Both the position numbers and the translations under genes were made by a program. DNA of 64,000 bases from contig JBGTBN010000035.1 of NCBI GenBank assembly GCA_041749375.1, positions 7,016-71,015 on the forward strand, given 5' to 3'. Position 1 is the first letter of the stretch; every line of letters starts with the position of its first letter. The notes under the pieces are model-generated. The model was given only the letters and a program-made list of their open reading frames with translations, ran no database searches and was not told where the DNA came from. This DNA is from Spirochaetota bacterium (lineage in GTDB: Bacteria; Spirochaetota; UBA4802; UBA5550). Of the stretch, positions 16,551 through 25,424 are shown one piece after another.

Positions 16551-16733
16551 TTGACAATTATGAGGTATGAATTTAATTATTAAACAGTTGGTTGGCTGAC
16601 CAATTTAATTATTGGATTACGATTGATTATTTGAGAGCCAATCGATTCAGGTTCATATGTGGGGAAAGATATGAGGGCCATTGTTGTTATTGGCCTTTTT
16701 AAAAAGAGACAAATTGGTTGATCGTCCAATCAA
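16551..16733 (+). promoter_or_regulatory. Promoter candidate (TTGACA-N17-TAATTA) plus an array of ATTGG/CCAAT inverted-repeat boxes
   Basis: TTGACA at 16551-16556. Inverted repeats AGTTGGT-N6-ACCAATT (16585-16605), ATTGG-N8-CCAAT (16713-16730) and AATCGATT (16638-16645). Located upstream of the cluster. Confidence 0.4.
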
Positions 16734-16789
16734 AAAGCTGATTAATGATTAAAACGTTGTAATTGTTCAGTTTCATTCGGCGGGTCATA

Positions 16790-17338
16790 ATGCTGTTAAA
16801 AGGATGTCTCCACACTCATACCACCTGTTCCGACGGCAAGCTGACGCCCCAGGCGGTGGCGGAGGCTTACGAATCGAGGGGATATGACTTTGTAGCGTTC
16901 ACTGACCATGATTATCTGCTGAAGCCGAACTATCGCGAGCTGTACGATCAGGTCAAAACCGACATGATCATTTTCCACGGCATCGAGATAACGGCTTTCG
17001 TTCGGGGCTACATTCATGTGGGGAAGATCGAGGGGGACAGCGAGACGCTCCATATCTTCAACCACATCGGTGAATATGACATGACGCCGGAGCAGGTGCT
17101 GGAGCGGCTGGTGGATCTGGAGCAGATGTTTCCCCTGGACGCGGTGGAGATTACGACAAAGGGGTTCCGGGACACGCTGTTCGAGTCGCTGAACATCAAA
17201 TACCCGAAAATCGCATCCGATGACTCGCATACGCTCGTGGGCATCGGGCGGGCCTGGGTCGAGCTTGACGCGAAGCGGGAGAAGGATTCGATACTCAGGG
17301 CAATAAAGCATGGCTCGTTCTGGAACTGCTACGTGTGA
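16790..17338 (+). CDS. PHP-domain metal-dependent phosphoesterase
   Basis: LKGCLHTHTTCSDGKLTP..YDFVAFTDHDY are PHP His/Asp motifs. Confidence 0.75.
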   Translation: MLLKGCLHTHTTCSDGKLTPQAVAEAYESRGYDFVAFTDHDYLLKPNYRELYDQVKTDMIIFHGIEITAFVRGYIHVGKIEGDSETLHIFNHIGEYDMTPEQVLERLVDLEQMFPLDAVEITTKGFRDTLFESLNIKYPKIASDDSHTLVGIGRAWVELDAKREKDSILRAIKHGSFWNCYV

Positions 17339-17475
17339 TTGCGGGACCCGGGCGGAAAGCGGAAGATTCCCGCGCAGGAGTGCGCGGGGGCGAGGACTTA
17401 TAACAGATACGGTATACTAATTCAGGAGGCTTATAGTGATCCTTTATCTTTTCAGAATTTACAGGAGGATTGGTA

Positions 17476-18621
17476 ATGGGTAAAAGAATGGCGATCTGCG
17501 CCGTTGCGCAGATTAAGAACGATCCGGAATACAGGCATCTTCGTTTCCAGAACATGCTGCTTGAGTGCTTTGAGTCGATTATGGGCCAGACAAAGGTGAC
17601 CTTTGACATGGAGAAGGGCATCCGGACAATCATCACATGCTCGGATGACGTGTTCGACGCGCGGACCATATCCAACAACGGTATAACGGACGTCGTGGGA
17701 GCGCACTTCCGCGGTGAAGAGAAAATGGCGCAGGAGAGCATCAACGGCCTCGGCTACGGTATGGCATGCATACTCAGCGGGCATGATGATGTGATCCTGT
17801 TCATGGGTCACTGCAAGGAATCACAGGGAGAGAGCCGGCGGATGGCGACGAACCTTTCCTACGATCCGTTCTACAGCAGGCCTCTCGGGATGGATTTTCA
17901 GAACGTGGACGCCCTGCAGGCGCGGGCATACATGGAAAAATCGGGCGTTACCGACGAGCACCTCGCGAAAATAGTGGTCCGCTCCAGGAAGAACGCAGCG
18001 AAGAACCCCTACGCGCGGGAGAACAAGCTCGTCGACGAAAAAGAAGTCATGAATTCGCCGATGTACGCGGACCCGCTGCGCGAGCTCCACGTGTACCCGG
18101 TCACCGACTGGGCGTACGGGATGCTCCTCTGCTGCGAAGAACGGGCGAAAGAGTTCACGAAAAACCCTGTGTGGATCACCGGGTACGGCAGCTGCATGGA
18201 CCGCTATTTCCTCGGCGATCGTGACCTCTCATCGAACTTCTCGCTTAAAAACGCCGCCAAGCGGGCATATGATAAGGCCGGCGTCAGGGACCCGAAGAAA
18301 GACGTCCAGCTCTTCGAACTGAGCGACCACGCGGCGCACCAGCTCCCCATGTGGGCTGAAGGCGTCGGCATCGCCGACGAGGGCAAGGGCGGAAAATGGA
18401 TCGACGACGGCGGCATGGACAAGTTCAGCGTGAACCTGTCGGGCGGCCAGCTCAACGGCAACCCGCTCCTGCTCGGGGGCGCGGCACGGGCCATTGAGTG
18501 CTACTACCAACTGACGGGCCAGGCAGGCGAGCGCCAGGTCAAGGGAGCCAAGCGGGCCGTGGCCCAGGCGGCCACCGGCGGCGCGGGCCAGCACCAGGCC
18601 GTGATAGTAATGGAAGCGTAG
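17476..18621 (+). CDS. Thiolase-fold protein, alpha-type, degenerate catalytic motifs
   Basis: AGGAGG SD. SCPx-thiolase-like overall (GHCKES, NLSGGQL), but the nucleophile loop reads KMAQESING and the His motif reads GNPLLLGG. Confidence 0.85.
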   Translation: MGKRMAICAVAQIKNDPEYRHLRFQNMLLECFESIMGQTKVTFDMEKGIRTIITCSDDVFDARTISNNGITDVVGAHFRGEEKMAQESINGLGYGMACILSGHDDVILFMGHCKESQGESRRMATNLSYDPFYSRPLGMDFQNVDALQARAYMEKSGVTDEHLAKIVVRSRKNAAKNPYARENKLVDEKEVMNSPMYADPLRELHVYPVTDWAYGMLLCCEERAKEFTKNPVWITGYGSCMDRYFLGDRDLSSNFSLKNAAKRAYDKAGVRDPKKDVQLFELSDHAAHQLPMWAEGVGIADEGKGGKWIDDGGMDKFSVNLSGGQLNGNPLLLGGAARAIECYYQLTGQAGERQVKGAKRAVAQAATGGAGQHQAVIVMEA

Positions 18622-18633
18622 GGAGGTGAAATA

Positions 18634-19830
18634 ATGGCACATAAAAAAAACAGAAACGTGGGCATAATAGGCATCGGGCAGACGAAGCATTCCAGCCACC
18701 GCGAGGATGTGAACCAGCCTGAAATGATACATGAAGCGGTCAGCCTGGCGCTGAAGGACGCGAACCTGACAATGAATGACATCGACTGCGTCGTTCACGG
18801 CAACATGGAGCTCTTCGAGATGGTGCACCAGCCGGACATGTGGCACGTGCTCGGCACCGGTGCCTACGGCAAGGATTGCATAAGGATCACCACCGGCGGC
18901 ACAGTCGGCGCGACCCTTTCATGCGCGTCGGACAACCTGGTGGCCTCGGGAATGTATGACATCGTCATGGCCATCGGGTTCGAGAAACTGCAGGAGGGGC
19001 ATACCACTGCCGGCATCACAAACATGGCGGATCCACTCTGGTTCCGCAAGATACAGGCTGGAGCCCTGACCGGTTCCAGCGCATATGATGTCGAGCGGGA
19101 ATTTGGACTCGAGCGGGCCAACCGGGCGTCGCTGACGTACCGGATTATCATGGACAAGCACGCCGGGCTCAATCCCAACGCGCACCGGGCGTTCGGACTT
19201 GAATTCAGCCAGATCGACGATCTCATCAAGAGCTCTCCGAAGCTCGTCGGCGAGCTGAAGCTCATTGAAATGTGCTCCCAGTCGGACGGCGCATGCTGCG
19301 TAATTTACGCCTGCGAAAAAAAGGCAAAAGAGATGTCCAAAAACCCGGTCTGGATACGGGACCATATCACCGCGCACAAGGAAGAGACCTTTACCATATT
19401 CGGATACAACAGGGAATTCCCTGTCATGAAGACGCACAAGTTCGCGGCGGAACAGCTCTTCAGGCGGAATGACATCAAGGACCCGCTGAATTATTTTGAC
19501 GTGTTCGAGATGTACGATCCTGCATCATGGTGGGCAATCGACTGGCTCAGGGACTTCTTCGACATGAAGGGCGATGAGCACCTCAAGCTCATCGAGGAGA
19601 AGGAGATCATGATCGGCGGGAAGATGCCAATCAACCCGTCGGGCGGTGTTATCGGGTCGAACCCGATCGGCGCGACAGCGCTGATACGGGTGGCCGAGGC
19701 TGCGCTCCAGGTGCGCGGCAACGCAGGCGGCCACCAGATCCCGACCCCGGTCAATCATGCGCTGGCCTCGGGCTTCGGCGGTACCATGTGGACGGTAATG
19801 ACGATGCTTGAGAAGGAACTTAACTGGTAG
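18634..19830 (+). CDS. Thiolase-fold protein, beta-type, degenerate catalytic motifs
   Basis: RITTGGTVGATL replaces the CxSG loop. AIGFEK is present. NPSGGVIGSNPIGATA has Asn in place of His. Confidence 0.85.
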   Translation: MAHKKNRNVGIIGIGQTKHSSHREDVNQPEMIHEAVSLALKDANLTMNDIDCVVHGNMELFEMVHQPDMWHVLGTGAYGKDCIRITTGGTVGATLSCASDNLVASGMYDIVMAIGFEKLQEGHTTAGITNMADPLWFRKIQAGALTGSSAYDVEREFGLERANRASLTYRIIMDKHAGLNPNAHRAFGLEFSQIDDLIKSSPKLVGELKLIEMCSQSDGACCVIYACEKKAKEMSKNPVWIRDHITAHKEETFTIFGYNREFPVMKTHKFAAEQLFRRNDIKDPLNYFDVFEMYDPASWWAIDWLRDFFDMKGDEHLKLIEEKEIMIGGKMPINPSGGVIGSNPIGATALIRVAEAALQVRGNAGGHQIPTPVNHALASGFGGTMWTVMTMLEKELNW

Positions 19831-19840
19831 GAGGACAATC

Positions 19841-21031
19841 ATGGCAGAATACTGGGGAATAAAAGTAGAAGATATATTCAACACGATGAAAGACCGTTTC
19901 CGTCCCGATGGAGCCAAGGGAGTCGATGCCGTTTTCGGATATGACATCAAGGACGAGGGGAAGTGGAAACTGACTGTAAACAATAATGTGATGAAAATCG
20001 AGAAGACCGACGACCTGTCGAATTGCGTGTCTGTCATGAAGGCGGACGGTGAGACCTTTGTCGGAGTGAACACCGGCAAGGTCGATGCGACGAACGCCTT
20101 CATGGGCGGCAAGGTCAAGGTCGACGGCGACATGGCCGCCTTCGGGAAGACCGGCAAGCTCTTTCGCAAGTTCGTCATCGCGAAAAAAGAAATGTCTACG
20201 AAGGAATATCTCGTTGATATGTTCGCGACGGTGGTTCCGCGCTTTAAGGCCGGCGAGTCGGAAGGTGTTGACGCTTCCTTCGCGTTCGATCTCGGCGGAC
20301 CGGACGGCGGTAAGTGGACCGTCTTCATCAGGAATAAGGAATGTTCGGTCACGGAAACGATCGAGGGGAAACCGAGCGTGACTCTCGAATTCAACGATGC
20401 CAAGGACTATGTCGATTTCATCCTTGGAAAAATCGACGCGCAGAGCCTGCTCGCGGCCGGTAGGGCCTCGGCCAAGGGCGACATCAACATGATGCAGACG
20501 AAATGGCCGGTCCTCTTCGATAAGTACAAGGACCCGGTTGGAAGCAGCGTTCCGGAGCAGGAACTCCTGGTACTTAAGAAGACGATATCGGTAAACCAGA
20601 AGTACGCAACCGGCCCCGTCATGGGCAAATTTCTCAAGGGGCTGAAGGATAAAAAGATATTCGGGAACAAATGTACCAAGTGCGGACGCATTCAGCTGCC
20701 CCCGCGGGAAGTATGCGCAGAGTGCCGCGTGCGTGCGGGTGATTTTCTGGAGGTTGGACCCAAGGGCGAGGTCCGCTACATGGACATTGTCTATTACGCC
20801 ATGCCCGACCCGCTGACAGGCATTGCGCGCGAAACCCCGTACGGCGGGATCAACGTCCTGCTCGACGGCTGCAAAGGAAATGAAACACTGCCGCATTTCA
20901 TACGGAGGGATCAGATAGAAAAGATCCAGATGGGCTGGAATGAAAAGAAGGGAACGCGCGTCCGTCCCGTGTGGGAGGAAAACCGGATCGGCGATATCTG
21001 GGACATCAAATACTTCGAGATCGATGAGTAA
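19841..21031 (+). CDS. SCP2-SCP2-DUF35 fusion protein
   Basis: GGAGG SD. Two SCP2-like repeats (..NAFMGGKVKVDGDMAAFGK.. and ..LLAAGRASAKGDINMM..), then a Zn ribbon CTKCGRIQLPPREVCAEC and an OB-fold ending DIKYFEIDE. Confidence 0.85.
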   Translation: MAEYWGIKVEDIFNTMKDRFRPDGAKGVDAVFGYDIKDEGKWKLTVNNNVMKIEKTDDLSNCVSVMKADGETFVGVNTGKVDATNAFMGGKVKVDGDMAAFGKTGKLFRKFVIAKKEMSTKEYLVDMFATVVPRFKAGESEGVDASFAFDLGGPDGGKWTVFIRNKECSVTETIEGKPSVTLEFNDAKDYVDFILGKIDAQSLLAAGRASAKGDINMMQTKWPVLFDKYKDPVGSSVPEQELLVLKKTISVNQKYATGPVMGKFLKGLKDKKIFGNKCTKCGRIQLPPREVCAECRVRAGDFLEVGPKGEVRYMDIVYYAMPDPLTGIARETPYGGINVLLDGCKGNETLPHFIRRDQIEKIQMGWNEKKGTRVRPVWEENRIGDIWDIKYFEIDE

Positions 21032-21042
21032 GGAGCAGGGAT

Positions 21043-22470
21043 ATGACAACAAAGCAGATGAAAGGATTTGAAGACAGCTATGTCGTTGAAGGTAAGATGG
21101 CGCTCCCTTATTCTTACTTCGCCGGGCGTGTCGGCAGCAAGTTTATTACGACGATCCGGGACCAGAAGAAGATCATGGGAGTGAAGTGTCCGACCTGCGG
21201 CATTGTCTACCTGCCCCCGCGGCAGGTGTGCGACAAGGACTTCACCGACATCCGTGATAACTGGGTGGATGTCGGCACGGAAGGGAAGGTGACAAATTTC
21301 ACGGTGGTGCGGTACGACGACAAGCACCTGCCGCGGAAGGCGCCCTTCGTGCTGGCGCTGATCAAGCTGGAAGGGGCGGACACGCCCTTCATGCATATCG
21401 TCGAGGAGTGCCCGATCGAGAACGTGAAGATCGGGATGAAGGTCGAGGCCGTGTTCGCCGAGAAAACGACGAGCACCATCCTTGACATAGATCATTTCAA
21501 GCCCGCGGCCGCGACGCTTTCGGTCCACGAGCGCAACAAGGCAAGGAAACAATGGGTTCCGTCAGACGAGCCCGAAACTCAAGAAAAACGGAAAGGGGGG
21601 AAACCTGACATGTCAAAACCAGCAATTCTCACTGCAGCGCTGACAGGCGCCGCCACAATGAAGAACCAGAATCCGAACGTGCCGTATACGCCCGCCGAGT
21701 TTGCGGAAGAAGCGTACAAGTGCTACAAGGCCGGAGCGGCCATGGTGCACGTGCATGCCCGCATGGACAACGGGTTCGCGACCCACGAGCATGACCGAAT
21801 CCGCGAGACCCATGACGCCATCAAGCAGAAGTGCCCCGAGCTGATCGTGAACCTGAGCTCGGCGGTCGGTATGGGCAAGACGGCGGAACAGCGGATTTCG
21901 CAGATCGTGGCGATCAAGCCGGAGATGGCGTCCCTCAACACCAACACCATGAACTTCAGCATCATCGACCGGAAGACCGGTAAGATATTCATAGACTTCG
22001 TGTTCGAGAACACCTTCACCATGCTGCAGGATTTCGGCAAGGCCATGGAAGAGAACGGCGTAAAGCCCGAGATTGAAGTGTACGACATGGGCGGCCTCGA
22101 CAATACCATGCTGATGGCCAAACAGGGCTTCTTTACCGATCCGATGAACTTCAACTTCGTGTGGGGCGTTGCCGGCGGACAGGCGTTCAGGGCGGATGCC
22201 TTCATAGCCCTGATGAACGCGATCCCAGCGAAAGCAAACTTCACCACCTGCGGCGTTGGCAGCGACGAGTTCCCGGCCATCATGCAGTCCTGTCTCCTGG
22301 GCGGTCACATGAGGGTCGGCCTCGAGGACAACATCCGCATGCCGAACGGCGAGCTGGCCAAGGGAAGCTACGAGCTCGTTGAAGTGGCCGCACGGATGTG
22401 CGAATGCCTCGGCCGGCCGATTGCAACGCCGGATGAAGCGCGCGCGATAATGGGTCTTAAGAAGAAGTAA
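21043..22470 (+). CDS. DUF35-BKACE (beta-keto acid cleavage enzyme, DUF849) fusion protein
   Basis: N-terminal CPTCGIVYLPPRQVC plus an OB-fold ending DIDHFKP. About 40-aa linker. BKACE blocks PAILTAALTGA and AAMVHVHARMDNG follow. Confidence 0.85.
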   Translation: MTTKQMKGFEDSYVVEGKMALPYSYFAGRVGSKFITTIRDQKKIMGVKCPTCGIVYLPPRQVCDKDFTDIRDNWVDVGTEGKVTNFTVVRYDDKHLPRKAPFVLALIKLEGADTPFMHIVEECPIENVKIGMKVEAVFAEKTTSTILDIDHFKPAAATLSVHERNKARKQWVPSDEPETQEKRKGGKPDMSKPAILTAALTGAATMKNQNPNVPYTPAEFAEEAYKCYKAGAAMVHVHARMDNGFATHEHDRIRETHDAIKQKCPELIVNLSSAVGMGKTAEQRISQIVAIKPEMASLNTNTMNFSIIDRKTGKIFIDFVFENTFTMLQDFGKAMEENGVKPEIEVYDMGGLDNTMLMAKQGFFTDPMNFNFVWGVAGGQAFRADAFIALMNAIPAKANFTTCGVGSDEFPAIMQSCLLGGHMRVGLEDNIRMPNGELAKGSYELVEVAARMCECLGRPIATPDEARAIMGLKKK

Positions 22471-22580
22471 CCTCACCCCCCGGCCCCCCTCTCCCCACAG
22501 AAGAGGGGGAGTATAAGAGGGGGCTCCGTCCCGAAGAAACCCTCTCCCATGGGGAGAGGGTGCGCGGAGCGCGGGTGAGG
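22471..22580. repeat. C/G-rich nested-hairpin intergenic repeat
   Basis: Outer arms CCTCACCC (22471-78) and GGGTGAGG (22573-80). Inner hairpin CCCTCTCCC-atg-GGGAGAGGG (22540-22560). Confidence 0.6.
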
Positions 22581-22605
22581 TCATCGATAGTAAGGAGTAT
22601 GTTCA

Positions 22606-23385
22606 ATGGCCGACAAATGCTATTATGAAGTGAACGAGCGGGGCGTTGCCCTCATGAAAATCAACAACCCGCCGATGAACGCGCTGGATGAGCCCACAAT
22701 GCGTCAGCTGGAGAGCTCGATGAAAAAGCTCGCCGCGGACGATGCCGTCAAGGTCGTGGTCATAACCGGCGAGGGAGCCACCTTTATCGTGGGCGCCGAC
22801 GTCAACAAGGTCAGGGAAGTCGACACCCGGGAGAAGGGCGAGGCGCTCACCTCCGAGGCCCAGGGCATCATCAACCTTATAGAAAACCTGAGGAAGCCGG
22901 TCATAGCGGCGATAAACGGGCTCTGCCTGGGCGGCGGGACCGAGCTGGCCATGGCCTGCCACATGCGTTTTATAAGCGACCAGGCACAGATGGGCCTGCC
23001 GGAGATACTGCTGGGCATCATGCCGGCGTTCGGCGGCACCCAGCGCGCGGCGCGGTTACTGGGGCCGGCGCGGGCGATGGAGATCATGCTTACCGGTAAA
23101 TTTCTGCCGGCGGCCGAATGCGATCGTATCGGTCTGGTCAACAGGGTGATCCCGCACGCCATTGTTCTGGACGAGACCATGAAGTTCGCGAAGGAGCTTT
23201 CCTTTAAAGGGCAGCTCGCGGTCAGCGCCGTCATCGAGGCAGTCCTGGTCGGCGGGAGCATGTCCCTGGCGGACGGGCTCAAGCTTGAGAGCAGGCTCTT
23301 TGGAGGACTTGCGGAGAGCGAGGACAAGAAAGAGGGGATTGCGGCATTTTTAGAAAAGCGGAGGCCGGTTTTTAAGGGGAAATAG
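22606..23385 (+). CDS. Enoyl-CoA hydratase/isomerase (crotonase family)
   Basis: VVVITGEGATFIVGADV..AAINGLCLGGGTELAMACHMRF are crotonase oxyanion-hole motifs. Confidence 0.9.
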   Translation: MADKCYYEVNERGVALMKINNPPMNALDEPTMRQLESSMKKLAADDAVKVVVITGEGATFIVGADVNKVREVDTREKGEALTSEAQGIINLIENLRKPVIAAINGLCLGGGTELAMACHMRFISDQAQMGLPEILLGIMPAFGGTQRAARLLGPARAMEIMLTGKFLPAAECDRIGLVNRVIPHAIVLDETMKFAKELSFKGQLAVSAVIEAVLVGGSMSLADGLKLESRLFGGLAESEDKKEGIAAFLEKRRPVFKGK

Positions 23386-23528
23386 ACTTGTTCTGGCTCT
23401 GTCGTTTCGAAGGAGCGAGGCGACTAAGAAATCTTTCCCGGAGCATAGGGAAAGATCCCTCACCCCTCCGGGGTTCGGGATGACAGATGAGATGAGCAAC
23501 ATATTACAGATAAACGGGGGACTCGGCA

Positions 23529-25367
23529 ATGGTAGGAATGGAAAAGACGGTAAATGATGTTTTTCGCAATCGTGTTAAGAAGTACGGGGACAGGATCGCT
23601 ATAGAGAAGAAGCTTGGCGGGAAATGGCAGAGCGCTTCATGGAACGAGTACTATGAGCGCGCACGCGCAACGGGGCTCGGCCTGTATTCGCTGGGCATCA
23701 GGAAAGGACAGATGGTCGCCCTTCTGTCGGAGAACAGGCTCGAATGGCTCTACTCCGACATGGGCGCGCTGGGAATCGGCGGCGTCGTCATACCCGTGTA
23801 TCCCACGCTGGTTGCCGAGGAAATAGAATACATCCTCCAGAACTCCGGCTCAAAAGTCATCATACCTGAAAATAAGAACCAGATGAAGAAGGTCCTCGAA
23901 ATCGCGCATAAGTGTCCCGACCTCGAGAAGATCGTGGTCATGGAAGATGCGGACGCGGACAAATCGAACCCGAAAGTCATCACCTTCACCGAACTCATGG
24001 AGCTGGGACGGAAAAAGCACATCGAGGACCCTGCTCTTTTCGAGAAGCTGGCGTCCGAGGTAACACCGGACGACCTGGCGACCCTCGTATACACCTCCGG
24101 CACCACCGGGCTCCCCAAGGGCGCGATGATTTCCCACGGAAATATCTTCTGGGTCGTCCAGTCGCTTGACGCGATACGGCCGCATTTCGCCTCGGACAAG
24201 GACTGCACCGTTCCGTTCCTGCCGCTCTCCCACGTGTTCGAGCGGATCGCCGGTCACTTCTACGGCATGTACTGCGGCATCACCGCATCCTACGCCGAGA
24301 GCATCGATACCCTTCTGGCCGACTTCGAGGAGAAGCGGCCCACCATGATACTAGCCGTCCCCCGCGTGTGCGAGAAGGTCTACCAGAAGATCATGGCGCA
24401 GGTGAAGGAACAGTCTCCCTTCAAGCAGAAGGTCTTCGCGTGGGGCCAGAAAGTCGGGAACAAGATCAGCAAGCGCCGCGAAATGCACAGGAGCATACCA
24501 TTCTGGCTTACTATCAAATACAAAATTGCGTACGCCATGATCTTCAAGAAGCTGCAGGATAAGCTGGGCGGTCGCGTGACCTGGATGACGGCGTCGGGCG
24601 CGCCGACGGCGGAGGAGATCATTCGCTTCTTCAACGCGGCGGGCATTACCGTCATTCAGGGCTACGGCATGACCGAATCGACCGCCCCGGCCACCATGCA
24701 GTCACTTGCCGACTACCGGATCGGGACCACGGGCAAGCCGATCCCGGGACAGGAGATCAAGATCGCGGACGACGGCGAGATACTGCTGAAAGGCGGTAAC
24801 GTGATCAAGGGCTACTGGAAGCTCCCGGACGAGACGAAAGAGGCATTCACCGAGGACGGCTATTTCATGTCCGGCGACATCGGCATGTTCGATGACGAGG
24901 GCAACCTCCTTATCACCGACAGGAAGAAGGACCTCATCATAACCTCGGGCGGGAAGAACGTCGCGCCGCAAAAGATAGAGGGCCTGTTCAAGTCCGACCC
25001 GCTCTTCACGCAGTTCATCGTGATCGGGGAAAAGAAGAAGTACCTCTCCGGCCTGTGCAACATCAACCCGGACGAGGCGGAGCGGCTCGCGAAGCAGGAG
25101 GGCATCCCCTACGGCAAGCCGATGGACCTTCTCGACGATCCCAGGTTTCTGGCGATCGTGCAGAAGCACGTTGACGAGCGGAACACGCATCTTGCCAAGT
25201 ACGAGGGGATCAAGCAGTGGAGGGTCGTCAAGTCGGAGTTTTCACAGGACGGTGGCGAGCTCACGCCCTCGCTCAAGGTCAAGAGGAAAGTGGTTCACCA
25301 GAAGTACGGGGAGCTCATCGACCAGATGTACGATAAAGAGGCGGTCGACGAGCTGTACAAGCAGTAA
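23529..25367 (+). CDS. Long-chain acyl-CoA ligase (AMP-forming)
   Basis: YTSGTTGLPKGA, GYGMTES and SGDIG..DRKKDLIITSGGKNVAP motifs. Confidence 0.9.
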   Translation: MVGMEKTVNDVFRNRVKKYGDRIAIEKKLGGKWQSASWNEYYERARATGLGLYSLGIRKGQMVALLSENRLEWLYSDMGALGIGGVVIPVYPTLVAEEIEYILQNSGSKVIIPENKNQMKKVLEIAHKCPDLEKIVVMEDADADKSNPKVITFTELMELGRKKHIEDPALFEKLASEVTPDDLATLVYTSGTTGLPKGAMISHGNIFWVVQSLDAIRPHFASDKDCTVPFLPLSHVFERIAGHFYGMYCGITASYAESIDTLLADFEEKRPTMILAVPRVCEKVYQKIMAQVKEQSPFKQKVFAWGQKVGNKISKRREMHRSIPFWLTIKYKIAYAMIFKKLQDKLGGRVTWMTASGAPTAEEIIRFFNAAGITVIQGYGMTESTAPATMQSLADYRIGTTGKPIPGQEIKIADDGEILLKGGNVIKGYWKLPDETKEAFTEDGYFMSGDIGMFDDEGNLLITDRKKDLIITSGGKNVAPQKIEGLFKSDPLFTQFIVIGEKKKYLSGLCNINPDEAERLAKQEGIPYGKPMDLLDDPRFLAIVQKHVDERNTHLAKYEGIKQWRVVKSEFSQDGGELTPSLKVKRKVVHQKYGELIDQMYDKEAVDELYKQ

Positions 25368-25424
25368 CGGAAACAACGACCGGATGACGGTCCAGCAAAG
25401 ATACATCGAGAAAGGAGCATCAGT

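Noticed and set aside
14116-16760. Calling the AT-rich island a mobile element
   Set aside because: The composition shift and toxin cargo suggest horizontal origin. However, no integrase, transposase, tRNA target or flanking direct repeats are visible, so I make no mobile_element call.
19820-21052. A 410-aa minus-strand ORF antisense to the SCP2-SCP2-DUF35 gene
   Set aside because: It is an antisense artefact. The + strand carries recognisable SCP2 and DUF35 motifs and a strong SD.
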